From Guillardia theta CCMP2712 (Eukaryota > Protista > Cryptophyta), in assembly GCF_000315625.1 (NCBI RefSeq), contig NW_005434654.1, positions 4,273-68,272 on the forward strand: 64,000 bases of DNA, given 5' to 3'. Below the pieces are notes generated by a model. It was not told the DNA's origin. It ran no database searches and saw nothing but the letters and a program-made list of their open reading frames with translations. The translations under genes were made by a program, and so were the position numbers. This document shows positions 27,163 to 39,521 of this stretch, piece by piece; the first letter of the stretch is position 1, and every line of letters starts with the position of its first letter.

Positions 27163-27773
27163 CTTGCACAATGGTCCAGAGAAACAGCTTCAAACCTGTG
27201 TCAATCGTACAAAGTCACATCAAATTGAAAAATGTCAACTCTCGGAGGTAAGTTTTCATGCCAATGGCTACGTGCATCATGATATGACAAGGATGAAATT
27301 CAAGGCAATAGAAAACAACCCAAATCATTTCAAGAAACATTCAGCTTCCAACCGACTAAGGTTCAAAGTGTGCAGGTCCAAACACCAGTACAACAAGACC
27401 TACAACAGCATTCTTCACCATCATTGCATCATCGTCAACAACCATTCTTGATGATGTGAACAGATTAAGTCAGATCAAAGTGAGCAATTCGATATCCTCC
27501 TCCAACCTCCTCCTGCTCCTCCTGCTCCTCCTGCTCCTCCTGCTCCTCCTCCTCCCCCCCTTCCTCTTCCTCTTCCTCCTCTACCACCACTACCTCCTCC
27601 TCCTCCTCCTCTACCACCTCCACCTTACCACCATAGCGCAGCCGCGCATGCCTCCTTCCTTTAAAAAGTGGAAGTTTTACAAGAATCGGAAAAACAAATA
27701 GAAGCCAAAATGGACTCTCTAACGGGCCACAGGGGAACCAAAAAGAAATTTTCCAAAGAAAAAATGAGGGGGA

Positions 27774-27777
<4 letters not shown>

Positions 27778-27805
<28 letters not shown>

Positions 27806-27876
27806 GAGAGGGAGAGGGAGAGGGAGAGGGAGAGGGAGAGGGAGAGGGAGAGGGAGAGGGAGAGGGAGAGGGAGAA
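27778..27876. repeat. (GGAGAG)n microsatellite
   Basis: Direct inspection; explains the poly-RE and poly-LS ORFs. Confidence 0.95.
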
Positions 27877-28405
27877 GGAGAGGAGGGAGGAGAACGATAG
27901 AACTGAGTAGAACACTGCGTGTTTACCAGACCAAACTTTCGATCAGCGCTGTTGTTGGTGATTGATGGATATTGCCAAAGCCGGCTTTACCCTGGCTTGT
28001 TCACTACGCTCCTCTCCTCGCCTCTCCCTTCTTGTCCGCTCCTATCTTATCGTGTCATTTTATCGTCTTGTGATCACTTTTCATGCCCTAGGTCTGCACT
28101 CTGGTCCCTTTGCTTTTCACTTCTTACGCTCCTTTCTATCTCCCCTAAATCTTTCACTTCCGTCCTCTTCCTGCATGCTCCCGACCTCTCCTATCCCCTC
28201 CTATCTTCTTGCCCTCTCTATTCTCGATGTATGGCGGATCTCAAAGCTCTCCCCTTGAATGGTTGGGAAGAATCCTGTCGGCTCGACCTTGCGTACTTGA
28301 TCCAGCCGACCAGTTTTCCGCAACTTTGGTTGCTCACCTTGCTGGCAGTGCTGACTTGCAAATGCAGGACTGTGAATTCTTGCTGGGTGTACTCAATGGT
28401 GAGCC

Positions 28406-29047
28406 ATGGGAGCAGACGTGAAGAGTGTGACTGCGATCTATCAGGTCTGGAAGAAGTACCAGGCACTACTGCAGTCCAAGGGCATCGTAGGCATAGGAAC
28501 CAAGGCAGTAACGTCTGCAGCTATCGCGTTTGCGGGAGATGTCTTTTGCCAAACCGTCCTCGAGAGACAGACCGCACAGCAATGGACAGGAGAGCTGTCG
28601 CACATGAACAAGACTGAGAGCAAGATGCAAGTGACCACCATAGATTGGAAGCGACTGTCTAACTTCACTCTCTTGGGAGGGGTACTTGTTGCTCCTACCT
28701 TGCACTACTGGTATGGTTTCCTCGGCAGGGCAGTGCCAGGGACGAACTTTGCTGCTGCCTTCAAGCGCGTCTTCCTCGATCAAGCCTTCTTCGCCCCGAG
28801 CTTCATCGCGGTCTTCATCTCCTCCGTCAACGCCCTCGACGGGAAATCGCAGGAGGAGGTCGTGAAGAGCGTGCAGACGCACTGGGGGCCGAGCGTCATC
28901 AACAACTGGAAGCTGTGGATCCCCGCGCAGTTTGTGAACCTCTGGGTTGTTCCTCCTCACCTCCAGGTCCTCTTCTCTAACGGCGTCGCCGTCATCTGGA
29001 ACATGTACTTGTCTTGGGTCACCCACCGCCCTGCTCAGCAGGACTGA
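28406..29047 (+). CDS. Mpv17/PMP22 family membrane protein
   Basis: TKAVTSAAIAFAGDVFCQ, DWKRL, PTLHYWYGFL, DQAFFAP, NWKLWIPAQFVN, WNMYLS. Confidence 0.95.
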   Translation: MGADVKSVTAIYQVWKKYQALLQSKGIVGIGTKAVTSAAIAFAGDVFCQTVLERQTAQQWTGELSHMNKTESKMQVTTIDWKRLSNFTLLGGVLVAPTLHYWYGFLGRAVPGTNFAAAFKRVFLDQAFFAPSFIAVFISSVNALDGKSQEEVVKSVQTHWGPSVINNWKLWIPAQFVNLWVVPPHLQVLFSNGVAVIWNMYLSWVTHRPAQQD

Positions 29048-29176
29048 GCCGCGTCAGCTGGGGCCGAGCTCGTGTAGATGTACATAAGGAGAGGGACAGG
29101 GGGCCTCTCAGTGATACTTTGATTTATTGTTGCACACAATACAAGACTATTCATAAACAATGGTTCCGTCAGTCAA

Positions 29177-32100
29177 TCAATACCCGGCAGAGAATATATG
29201 TCCTGACGTCAGGCAAGTATTGGGTAGCACACAGATCTCCTGGCCCGTCGTCAGCGCGTACTTGGCGCTTCTACCCGCATCATCTACCCGTCAATGTCAG
29301 CTCACAAGATCGCAAGGGGCGTCTACGTCACCAGCAATGTCGGGGTTCCACCACAGGAGATCGCTAACGCTGACCCCGTACCTATCTCCGATGTGGTACA
29401 CGTCGTCGTTGCAGAAGTGGCCGTTGCCACATTCAACCTTCACTTGAGGTCAGGCAGGGCTCGCAACTTCAGCCTCAACGACTTACCGTCAAGACGGGCC
29501 CCAAAGATATCACGTTCTGCTGCCAAAGCTGGTGATTTCCGCTCCACACATTCAGCCAGGACGTTCTCCACTCTTGCGCAATGTATTCCAGCGACACGTT
29601 ATTTACACACATCTTGCACCTGCAGCAACCCGGTCGATCACGGACTGGAGAGGAGGAGGGGGGGGGGCTGACCTCAGGACTTTCAGGCTCACTGTGATCG
29701 TGTTTTGCAGCGGACCAGAGACCAATGAGACTAGCTTGTTGTCGATGTAACCAATAGCCTCCAAGGTGATGACGTAGGTGTAGCCCTCTTGCTTCCTCTG
29801 GGGGGTCCACTGCGCCGCATCGTCAGCAGGAGAACCAAGGAATGCGACGAGGGATACCTTGAGCCGGTAGCTCACTGGGTTGTTCAAGGCTGAGGTGAGG
29901 CCGTTGGGTAGCAGCGACGCACCAGTGGGTAAGTCCGTGAACGATGCGTTGCGATAGAAAGACTGGATGTATCCTCCACCAGGGATAATCTTGACAGTGT
30001 AGTTCATACCCTTGGCCTCCTGCTCAAGGTATCAGATGGTCTCTCACGTTAGCTGAACAAGATCGCTACCTCGACCGCCAGATTGGCTTCAGTCTTGTCT
30101 TGTGCCTCGAAGACCTCGCTGCGATCCAAGACGTCATCGTACGTGTCGTGACAACCGATAACTTACGCAAACTCGCATCCAACATGAAGCTCCGCGCGGA
30201 GACTTGGAGTGACAAAACTTGGGCTGGATCTGATCGTTTTGAGCACGAAGCACAGCTTAGATCTCGAGTTGGAGTCTCCGATCGCAGTGACGCAAAGCGT
30301 CGGATCTTGAGGGATGTAAAGCAGTTCTGCACCAACAAAAATCAACACCCGATTGTTCAGAGAAGTTATCATCACCTGCACGAAATGAAACATCCACAAT
30401 CAGCTCACTCCAACCATATTCGAACATCCTCCAGTCAGACACGGATTGAGTCGAGCCGAAATACTGATGGCTGTTGTTGTTCAGTTGAGAGCAGCCCACC
30501 GGATCCGAAGAGCTGCCGTTGCAAAAGACATCCCTCCTTGAGACAGAAACAAACTTGCTCCAATCACTCCCCACATATGGCGCCAGAACAGAGTCGAAGT
30601 CTTTCTCATACTCAAATCTGATGTTCTTTGCATAGACAACCTGCGAATTACCATACGTCTTCGAAAGAGTTGACGAATCAGATGTGGTAGGATCCAACCA
30701 TATCGCTTGAACCGTGAATTGGTAAGGCTTGCCAGGAAAGATCTCAACCGCAGGATTCTTGCACAAATGGACACTGCTTCCACACTCTTCAACGGGATTG
30801 AAGTTTGCCGTGATGTTGGGGGTCCAAGACGATGGGCATGCGATTTGAGAATCCACGCCACATCCATTGCAAGGAGTGCAGTAGTCTGATATCCCTCTGG
30901 CATTGGGCGGACTCACAAAGATTATCTGGTTCTTGCTTTCATTCGCACACGTCGGGGCGCATGGCAGGAAGTAGCCAAGTCTCATTGGGAACGGCAGGGG
31001 ATAGCTCTTCTGCAATGTCGCAGATTTGCCTACAAGAAAAGTGAGTAGAAATAACCTCAAAGATCAAGAAGCAACCGTATGCTGAGTAGTATCCAAGCTG
31101 GTCGTCTTGATAATTCTGGGCAGTCAAAAACGTGTTCTGCAGTTTCGAGACAAGACTGCAACAAGTTAGCCTTGCAAAAACAAATCAGTATCTATCAACC
31201 TGTTTGCAGAAAAAATAACATCAAAAGTCTTCGTTGCACCATCCAAAATCACTGCAGGTTCCCCAGAGAGCGAGAGGGAAAAATTGACAATGTGAATGGG
31301 GTACTCATAACACGGTGAGTATGATGCCGAAAGGCAAGGGTGTCCCAACCCTTTGTCAATAGGATCTTTCCATGACAAGACAGCAAACATGTTTCCTGCA
31401 AGGGCGGTAGTTAGCTCCACACCCACATGATGAACCAAACAAGACCTGAGACGTTTGTGAGATTGTTGGGATTCAAGGCCGCCTGAAACAAATCGGGGAC
31501 TCCAGGATTTGTTGCAGGTCGGAGATACCTAGACGTGACGGGAGAAAATCCAATTTCATTTTCCACTTGAAGACTGATATTGTACAAGATTCCGATTTGT
31601 AAACTAGACTCGGTTAAATTGACTTCTGCTGAGAAGTTCAGCCATGTGCTGTTAAGATTGAGAATGGTGCTGTTTGCTGTTCTGTTCACCTCAGTTAACT
31701 CTAGATAATATCGGACAGGAACACTTCTATTGTTATCCGCAGGCAGCGCATTCCCGGTGTCAGTTGGGAGCGGCCAGGACACCAAGACTGTCTTACTTTG
31801 GTCCAGCAAGACAACTTGGATCGAGTTGACAGGCGACGGGAGCCCATACACCACCTTGCTGAAGGGTGAAGTCAGAACATCCTCGGGATAGTACTTCTGC
31901 CATGCCCATGAAGGATACATGCAATCATCTCTGACACGATAGTTCCGGAAGTAGTAAGTCCGACCTGGCCTCAACCTGCGATTCACAGGGAATATGAACG
32001 ACTGTTCAGGCCATTGCGTCTTGCTGTAAATGTATCTCCCCCCCAGGGTGTAGCCGTCTGAATCCTTCAGAGCAACACCCAGATCTTCACCCTCTGGGGT

Positions 32101-32539
32101 GAGATAATACCGGAAGTAGTATTGGTCAGGGATCGCACTTTCGCTGATGTTGAGGTTGGCGAAAGTTGAATCCACTGAATAGTCCATTACAAACTTGACA
32201 GAAGGATCCTGCCACATTTCTTTCAATGATACATGGAGATAAAAGAATCAGAGAGAAACACAATATACCGGTGAGTTGTAGTTTTGGGTTTCAAATTTAT
32301 CAGGAAATCCTGGCCTGGAAACAACAGTCATTAGCAAGAAAAAGAGTGATTGCATGGATGAAGGCAAAATTTGACAAAGAAACAGAACGAGGAAGTGGCA
32401 CAAAACGTCCACGAGCAGAAACTTACTTCCTGTTAACAGTTGCACTATCAACCAGCCCAAGCGTGTAGCATGCAGGGTTTGCTGAAACCTGGGCAAGCAC
32501 GACAAGCACTGCAAGTCCAACTGTCGAGAAGTGTATCAT
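29177..32539 (-). CDS. Secreted multi-exon protein with FN3-like region and C-terminal LysM repeats
   Basis: Signal-like MIHFSTVGLAVLVVLAQ; FN3-like LPSPV..VSWPLPTDTG..YNISLQVENEIGFS; LysM-like YIAQEWRTSWLNVWSGN and VYHIGDRYGVSVSDLLWWNPDI..LTTGQEICVLP. Confidence 0.7.
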
Positions 32540-33723
32540 CGCAACACTTGCTGCTGAGCTGTCACGAAGCGCTTGGGCTTAGGAGGAGGAGGACGTCCCT
32601 GTTGGTTGAGTCCTCGGTCTCCTCGCTCCTTCCGCTACGTCCCTCCCCAACCCCGCGCCACCTCTCGCCATGCCATGCCCCGCGCGTCTCTTGGCCAAGA
32701 AGGGGAGTTGACTGATTCAGATTTTCATAACGTATCATAACGACCAGCGGCCGGGCTGCCGGGCCGGGGGCCGGCCGCGCCCCGGCCGCCCGGGCCGCCG
32801 GGCGCCGCCGCCCCCCGCACCGTGTCACCGCCGGCGGCACCGTGTGAGTGGCCACTGAGTGGCCACTGGCATCGGGCGCCCGATCGGCCCATCGGAAAGT
32901 AAAAGTTGAAAAGTTAAGAGGGGCCGTCCGTGTGCTGCCAGCCGGGAGTCGGCCCGGACCGCTCGGACTCCCGAGGCTCAGCGGCTGCCAGTCGGACTCC
33001 GTCGGGGGGCCCCCGGTTACGCCCGGCCGGTACGCACTGCCAGTCCGGGATCGGATCGTGACGGCCGCTGAGTGGGTTTCACTGGCAACCGTTCAACGGT
33101 TCTCGGCCGGGGCGGGCGACTCGCCCGGCGCGCCCCGTCGGTCGCTCAGTGTCTTCGAGTACGGTCTCTTCTCCGAGGCTCGCCGCTTTTGGCCAGTGCG
33201 ACCGTGACTCAGTGTCAGGGTCGCTGATTCGGAAGCTTCCTCGACTCTCCTGCCAGCCATGATTGTCCTCGTACTGCCATTTTTAACTTAACTTTGATTC
33301 CGGTCCCGCCGGTAACTTCACTCCACTAACTTCCGTGGGCGGGCCCCGCGCCGGCCCGGCTCACGGTGCAACCCGGTCAGAACAGGCACGCCGGTTTCAG
33401 CGGCTGCCAGTGGTTTCACTTGAAGCTTGTAAGAGAGTTGAAGTTCCGGTAAGACTCTGAGCGGCGCCGCCGCGCCGTGACGGTGTGTGCGCGCAAGATA
33501 CGGCGACGGTAACCAGTCAGCTGACTGCGTCAAGTCCCAAGTTTACACTGGCAGGGAACAGCTTGAAATGAAACAGATCAGTGCCAATCAAGAGGTCCAG
33601 GCAGTGTTGCAGGGTGCCCGAGATTCGCACGAGTCACTAGAATATCTATAATGAATAGTACAAGTAGAGCAAACCACTGCCCAAATTCTATATTACTAAG
33701 GCTTACGAGAGGCCGAGCCTGAG

Positions 33724-35106
33724 CTAACTGAGCTTCAGGTCTCGCGTCCTCCTTCTCACTACCTCTGTAAGAAACGATAGCTTCTCCGCCCCTGCTGTCT
33801 GCGATTTCCTCATGTACACGATCGCCTCCCTCCCCACAGCCTCTTCCACGTTCTTCTCCGGTGCGCTCATCCGCATGCTCGGCGGCAGGTAGCCGTTCTT
33901 GTACCTCTGAAACGCCTCTGCTGTCGCCATGTCCATGGTGATGACGTAGCCTTTCTGCCTCCCCGCGTGGTCGAAGGCCTTGTGCTGCGTGCATCTCAGG
34001 TACAGCACGCTCTGGGTCGCCCCCTTCTGCGCCTCGTCCGGGCCTCGCTGCGGCCGCGTGACCCTCGAGTACCACGTCACCTCTCGATCCAGCGAGTGGA
34101 ACAGCGACTCGATGGCAGCGACTAGCATCTCATACTCGCTCACTTGCAGCAGCATCTCATGGTTGGAGTGCCGAGAGAGCATCTCCCCGGCGTCATACCC
34201 CAGCAGCTCCGCAACCTCGTCTCCCAGTCTCAGGCGCCTGCAGTGTGCGAGGTCCTCGCTGTCAAACTCCATCGACACCCACCGCCCATGCCCCCATCGA
34301 GCGTTGGACGCCGCGTCGTCGAACCACTCCCCCACTCCCCCCCACCCCCTCGACGACGACCCCTCGCTGTCCTCGTCCAGCCGCAGGTCATGGCTCAGCC
34401 TCCCGCAATCCTGCATCCTGCGCACTGCGTCCAAGTCTCCGGGCAAGACCCTGGGGCTGCCCAGCACTGCGGACTTGACCGTGTCGATGGCTTCGTCGAT
34501 GGCCAGCTTGAGATCTAGCGGCAAGATCTTGAACGCCTTGAACACTCTCGACGCGTTCAGCCCCAGCTCCCACTGCCCGCGCACCATCGCGATGTTGACT
34601 CCTACTTGCAGGCACGCCTGCCTCAGCGAGTCCAGCGCGATCTCCTGGTCCCGCGCATCTTGGAACAGCGCCTCGTGGGTCCCGCGGATGATGGTGTAGA
34701 AAGGAGCCGTCTCAGACTCTGATTGACACACAGCGCCCGTCCCGGTCACGATGCACATGGCGCAGGGCCGCACGTTGCTGCACTTGCGCTTCTTCAGGCG
34801 GCACTCGGAGCACGAGTTGGTGATGTACTTGGATCGCTTGCGACGAGGCCCCAGCTGTATCTGTATGTCGTGCATGGGGGACGGGCTTGGCAGAGCATGG
34901 GACCCGTACACCTCAGAGGCCTCGGACATGCCCGGGCTCAGGGATCTGTACGCGTCGGGTGCCTCGGACATGCCCGGGCTCAGGGATCTGTACGCGTCAG
35001 GGGCCTCGGACATGCCCGGGCTCAGACATGTGCTTGACATGGCAACAAGCGACTCGGCGAGGAAGTCTGCTGCCTTGCTGTTGAGCATGGACAGCCTCTG
35101 GGACAT
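33724..35106 (-). CDS. Zn(II)2Cys6 transcription factor, intronless, copy A
   Basis: CSECRLKKRKCSNVRPCAMCIVTGTGAVC (C-x2-C-x6-C-x5-C-x2-C-x8-C) in a ~460-aa ORF. Confidence 0.9.
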   Translation of the reverse strand: MSQRLSMLNSKAADFLAESLVAMSSTCLSPGMSEAPDAYRSLSPGMSEAPDAYRSLSPGMSEASEVYGSHALPSPSPMHDIQIQLGPRRKRSKYITNSCSECRLKKRKCSNVRPCAMCIVTGTGAVCQSESETAPFYTIIRGTHEALFQDARDQEIALDSLRQACLQVGVNIAMVRGQWELGLNASRVFKAFKILPLDLKLAIDEAIDTVKSAVLGSPRVLPGDLDAVRRMQDCGRLSHDLRLDEDSEGSSSRGWGGVGEWFDDAASNARWGHGRWVSMEFDSEDLAHCRRLRLGDEVAELLGYDAGEMLSRHSNHEMLLQVSEYEMLVAAIESLFHSLDREVTWYSRVTRPQRGPDEAQKGATQSVLYLRCTQHKAFDHAGRQKGYVITMDMATAEAFQRYKNGYLPPSMRMSAPEKNVEEAVGREAIVYMRKSQTAGAEKLSFLTEVVRRRTRDLKLS

Positions 35107-36620
35107 CACCAGGCACCAGTCGTCGTGATCTGTCGAGATCCCTCAGGTCAGGCAGGTCGCACAGCAGCATGGCACATCTACCTGTCATGGCTCGCTTAGC
35201 AGCCAGCTTGGATACAAGCTGCCACTGGCTGAGCGTTGCTTGTCAAGGCGGAGAGGACTTCAGGTGGAGCCGGGATACAGCTTTTCAGGACGAACTGGCT
35301 CTATCAAGTGTATCATATGACAGCAGGGATGAATGTTTCCGGAGGACAGATAGGTAACAGCATGCACAAGTATGCAGTGCGGTAGAGTTGAAAGCTCCCA
35401 GGAACGGACATGTAAAAGTCCGGTTTGAACATGGGTGGGGTAACACAGGTGGGGTATCACGGGATACATTATCTTTGTGAACTTAGGGGGTGGAGGTACA
35501 TTATTGGGTATGGGGGTGGGTGGGTGGACGTTATGGCCACACCTAGTTATCCCGTAACCCCACACCCCCTTGTGAGACTGGGGGGGGTGAGGGGTCTGTT
35601 CGGAGAGGGTTCGGCGGACCGCCGCCGTATCAATGGTCTAGCCGGGAGTAACGTGACTTTAGTCTAATCAACTTTTAAAAAACAATTTAGTCCTCGTACT
35701 AACTTTTAACTTAACTTTGAGTAAACATTAGTACCTTTATGTCACATGTCGCCCGGCAAGGGCCGCCAGCGTAGATACTCCGAGTGCCTCGTCACTGAGA
35801 CACGCTCTATCAAATCCGCACTCACGGGCTGGCCTCAGGGTAAAGCTGCTGGCTAGCCGGAAGTAACGTGACAAGGCGCTCGCGGTCACGTTACCTTCGG
35901 TGAGTTCGGAGCGGCGTTGATACAGTAGTACCGCCACGTATGGTATGCTATGTTTACTTAACATGCTTTTGTACCCACCATCTTCAGTACCCATGATAGT
36001 AGGGGGAACGGGGTGGTCATCACTCGACTTGTCGCTGTGGGGTGACCATATCAGATGACCGTACCCACCAATTATTTCCTGACAGATACAACTACCCCCA
36101 TTGACTCCTTGTGACTACCCCACCTTTGTCCATCAACACTACCCCCATAACACAACTGTATCCACCCTGCAGGAAGTATAGTACCCTCGCCTACAATCCC
36201 TGACTCAGGGAAATCAAACGCCGTACCCATCAATAGTCCTTGGAAATCACCCGTAGTCAGTATACCGAAAAGACCCCCACCCCCAATTTTTGACTAGCGA
36301 TGTGCCATTCGGAAGTGAAGTACGAGAAAAAGATAAAGCTGAATTCTCAACCACCCCACCACCCCTGGAGTAGTAATAACCATACATCTACCCGTACAAA
36401 CAGGGGAAAGAACCCCAGTAGTGATGACAGACAAAATTGCTCATCGCACACACACCCATCAACATCCGTCCCCTCCAACTCCATACACAGTGGAAGCTTG
36501 TATCCATGCTGAAAGCCAAGCTGGCTGCTAAGCGAGCCATGACAGGTAGATGTGCCATGCTGCTGTGCGACCTGCCTGACCTGAGGGATCTCGACAGATC
36601 ACGACGACTGGTGCCTGGTG

Positions 36621-38003
36621 ATGTCCCAGAGGCTGTCCATGCTCAACAGCAAGGCAGCAGACTTCCTCGCCGAGTCGCTTGTTGCCATGTCAAGCACATG
36701 TCTGAGCCCGGGCTTGTCCGAGGCCCCTGACGCGTACAGATCCCTGAGCCCGGGCATGTCCGAGGCCTCTGACGCGTACAGATCCCTGAGCCCGGGCATG
36801 TCCGAGGCCTCTGAGGTGTACGGGTCCCATGCTCTGCCAAGCCCGTCCCCCATGCACGACATACAGATACAGCTGGGGCCTCGTCGCAAGCGATCCAAGT
36901 ACATCACCAACTCGTGCTCCGAGTGCCGCCTGAAGAAGCGCAAGTGCAGCAACGTGCGGCCCTGCGCCATGTGCATCGTGACCGGCACGGGCGCTGTGTG
37001 TCAATCAGAGTCTGAGACGGCTCCTTTCTACACCATCATCCGCGGGACCCACGAGGCGCTGTTCCAAGATGCGCGGGACCAGGAGATCGCGCTGGACTCG
37101 CTGAGGCAGGCGTGCCTGCAAGTAGGAGTCAACATCGCGATGGTGCGCGGGCAGTGGGAGCTGGGGCTGAACGCGTCGAGAGTGTTCAAGGCGTTCAAGA
37201 TCTTGCCGCTAGATCTCAAGCTGGCCATCGACGAAGCCATCGACACGGTCAAGTCCGCAGTGCTGGGCAGCTCCAGGGTCTTGCCCGGAGACTTGGACGC
37301 AGTGCGCAGGATGCAGGATTGCGGGAGGCTGAGCCATGACCTGCGGCTGGACGAGGACAGCGAGGGGTCGTCGTCGAGGGGGTGGGGGGGAGTGGGGGAG
37401 TGGTTCGACGACGCGGCGTCCAACGCTCGATGGGGGCATGGGCGGTGGGTGTCGATGGAGTTTGACAGCGAGGACCTCGCACACTGCAGGCGCCTGAGAC
37501 TGGGAGACGAGGTTGCGGAGCTGCTGGGGTATGACGCCGGGGAGATGCTCTCTCGGCACTCCAACCATGAGATGCTGCTGCAAGTGAGCGAGTATGAGAT
37601 GCTAGTCGCTGCCATCGAGTCGCTGTTCCACTCGCTGGATCGAGAGGTGACGTGGTACTCGAGGGTCACGCGGCCGCAGCGAGGCCCGGACGAGGCGCAG
37701 AAGGGGGCGACTCAGAGCGTGCTGTACCTGAGATGCACGCAGCACAAGGCCTTCGACCACGCGGGGAGGCAGAAAGGCTACGTCATCACCATGGACATGG
37801 CGACAGCAGAGGCGTTTCAGAGGTACAAGAACGGCTACCTGCCGCCGAGCATGCGGATGAGCGCACCGGAGAAGAACGTGGAAGAGGCTGTGGGGAGGGA
37901 GGCGATCGTGTACATGAGGAAATCACAGACAGCAGGGGCGGAGAAGCTATCGTTTCTTACAGAGGTAGTGAGAAGGAGGACGCGAGACCTGAAGCTCAGT
38001 TAG
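36621..38003 (+). CDS. Zn(II)2Cys6 transcription factor, intronless, copy B
   Basis: Same protein with 3 amino-acid differences in the ORF track. Confidence 0.9.
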   Translation: MSQRLSMLNSKAADFLAESLVAMSSTCLSPGLSEAPDAYRSLSPGMSEASDAYRSLSPGMSEASEVYGSHALPSPSPMHDIQIQLGPRRKRSKYITNSCSECRLKKRKCSNVRPCAMCIVTGTGAVCQSESETAPFYTIIRGTHEALFQDARDQEIALDSLRQACLQVGVNIAMVRGQWELGLNASRVFKAFKILPLDLKLAIDEAIDTVKSAVLGSSRVLPGDLDAVRRMQDCGRLSHDLRLDEDSEGSSSRGWGGVGEWFDDAASNARWGHGRWVSMEFDSEDLAHCRRLRLGDEVAELLGYDAGEMLSRHSNHEMLLQVSEYEMLVAAIESLFHSLDREVTWYSRVTRPQRGPDEAQKGATQSVLYLRCTQHKAFDHAGRQKGYVITMDMATAEAFQRYKNGYLPPSMRMSAPEKNVEEAVGREAIVYMRKSQTAGAEKLSFLTEVVRRRTRDLKLS

Positions 38004-39521
38004 CTCACAGAGTCAGGTTTGACCGTCGGATTGGCACTGATCCTTTGGTCATTGTTGCCGGCCGCATTTTTAGTAACTGTAAACTTAATCTGAGTATGAT
38101 GGCATGCCGCATATTGTTTTGTACTACGTTATTGAATGAAGGCTGTACTTTATGCGGTGGCCGCGGGGTCAAGTTGGGCCTCTTCACGGTCCGTCGGACC
38201 GAAGTTTCGCCTGCCTGCCAGAGACCGTCGAACAGTGAGTGCTGGCGGCGCCCACCGCCGCACATCATGGAGTCGGGCGCGGGCGGCCGATGCCCGGCCA
38301 CGGTGGCCAGACTCAGGTGCGGACAGAGGTGGCTGAGAGTCCGGCGCCGAATCGGAGTAGGCCGGGCCACACTGACAGGCGCGGGGGCGGCCGCCAACTC
38401 AGCTGGGTCTGATGGAACGTATGCCAGCCGTGCCAGTCAGATAGCGCCGAGTTAACAAAAACTCTCCTGTAAACCAAGACGACTTACGTGTTTCAGTGCG
38501 AGACGGCCAATCACGGTAGCGTGTGGGACGCCGGAAGAGGGGGCCTTTCCTAGCCCGGAGTCTTGCTAAGACGGTCCTCTCATGTCTGGATGCTTGGGTT
38601 TCACATCCTAGCATACAGTCTATCTCTCATGTGCTCCTCAATTCTGGTTTTGTGTGCATTAAACTCGGTCTTGAGCAAAAACTGTCTTGTTACAACTAAG
38701 GTCGATGTGATGTCTGCGTGACTTTGGACTAGTACAAGTCTAACAAACTTGTATTCCGTCAGGGTCTCGAGTTAGTACTAAGTTACCGTGCCCGTCACCC
38801 GCCGATCACGGGTATTATCGCCCGTACTGTATTACCGTCGGAACGGTTCAAGCCAGCAGTTGAACCGTTGAACCGTTTGACTCGAAGTTGTACCGGACTC
38901 CGGGAAAGTGCCGAGGCGGACCGAGTAAAGAACTTGAGTCGGCTGAGTCCGAGTCCCGGCGAGGGCACTGACGGTCGGACCGTACAGTACTCCTGAGCCC
39001 GGCCCGGGCCTCCGGCGGGACGGTCCCGCCGGCTCACCGGACCGTGACTGATCGGACTTGAACCCGGTCGGACCGTATGGTGAGACGGTCAGCCGCTCTG
39101 CAGTGACGGTGGGCCCGGCCGAAAACTTTATTAGTCAATCCATGTCACGATAGCGGCATTTACTACGTTAGGAAGCCGTTCAAATGACACCACCGGTACC
39201 TTTTCCAGGATACAGTACCCGTCCTACTAGCCTCGAAACAGAACACGCCTGTTCGTTTCTTTGGTTGGAGGATGGTGGGGGGTAGCAGAGGAGGAGAGCC
39301 GCAGAGGAGGAGCCGAGGGAGGCAGGAGGGATAGAGACTCTCATTCCTTGAAGGCGCGAAGCAGCAAGCACGAGCTTTCAGGCCCACATCGAGACACTGA
39401 TCGGAGGATGCGCTGCTATTGGGGAGTGTACTGAATCCAACTCAAGGGAGGAGGCTGAATTGAGAGACTTCTTGTGATCCCCCGAGCTCATCCTCTCAGA
39501 CATCTGTAGCCTCCACCTAGC

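Larger units (their letters stand above)
33720..38007. repeat. Inverted duplication, arms ~33720-35226 and ~36488-38007
   Basis: Arms are near-perfect reverse complements around a ~1.26-kb unique spacer. Confidence 0.95.
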
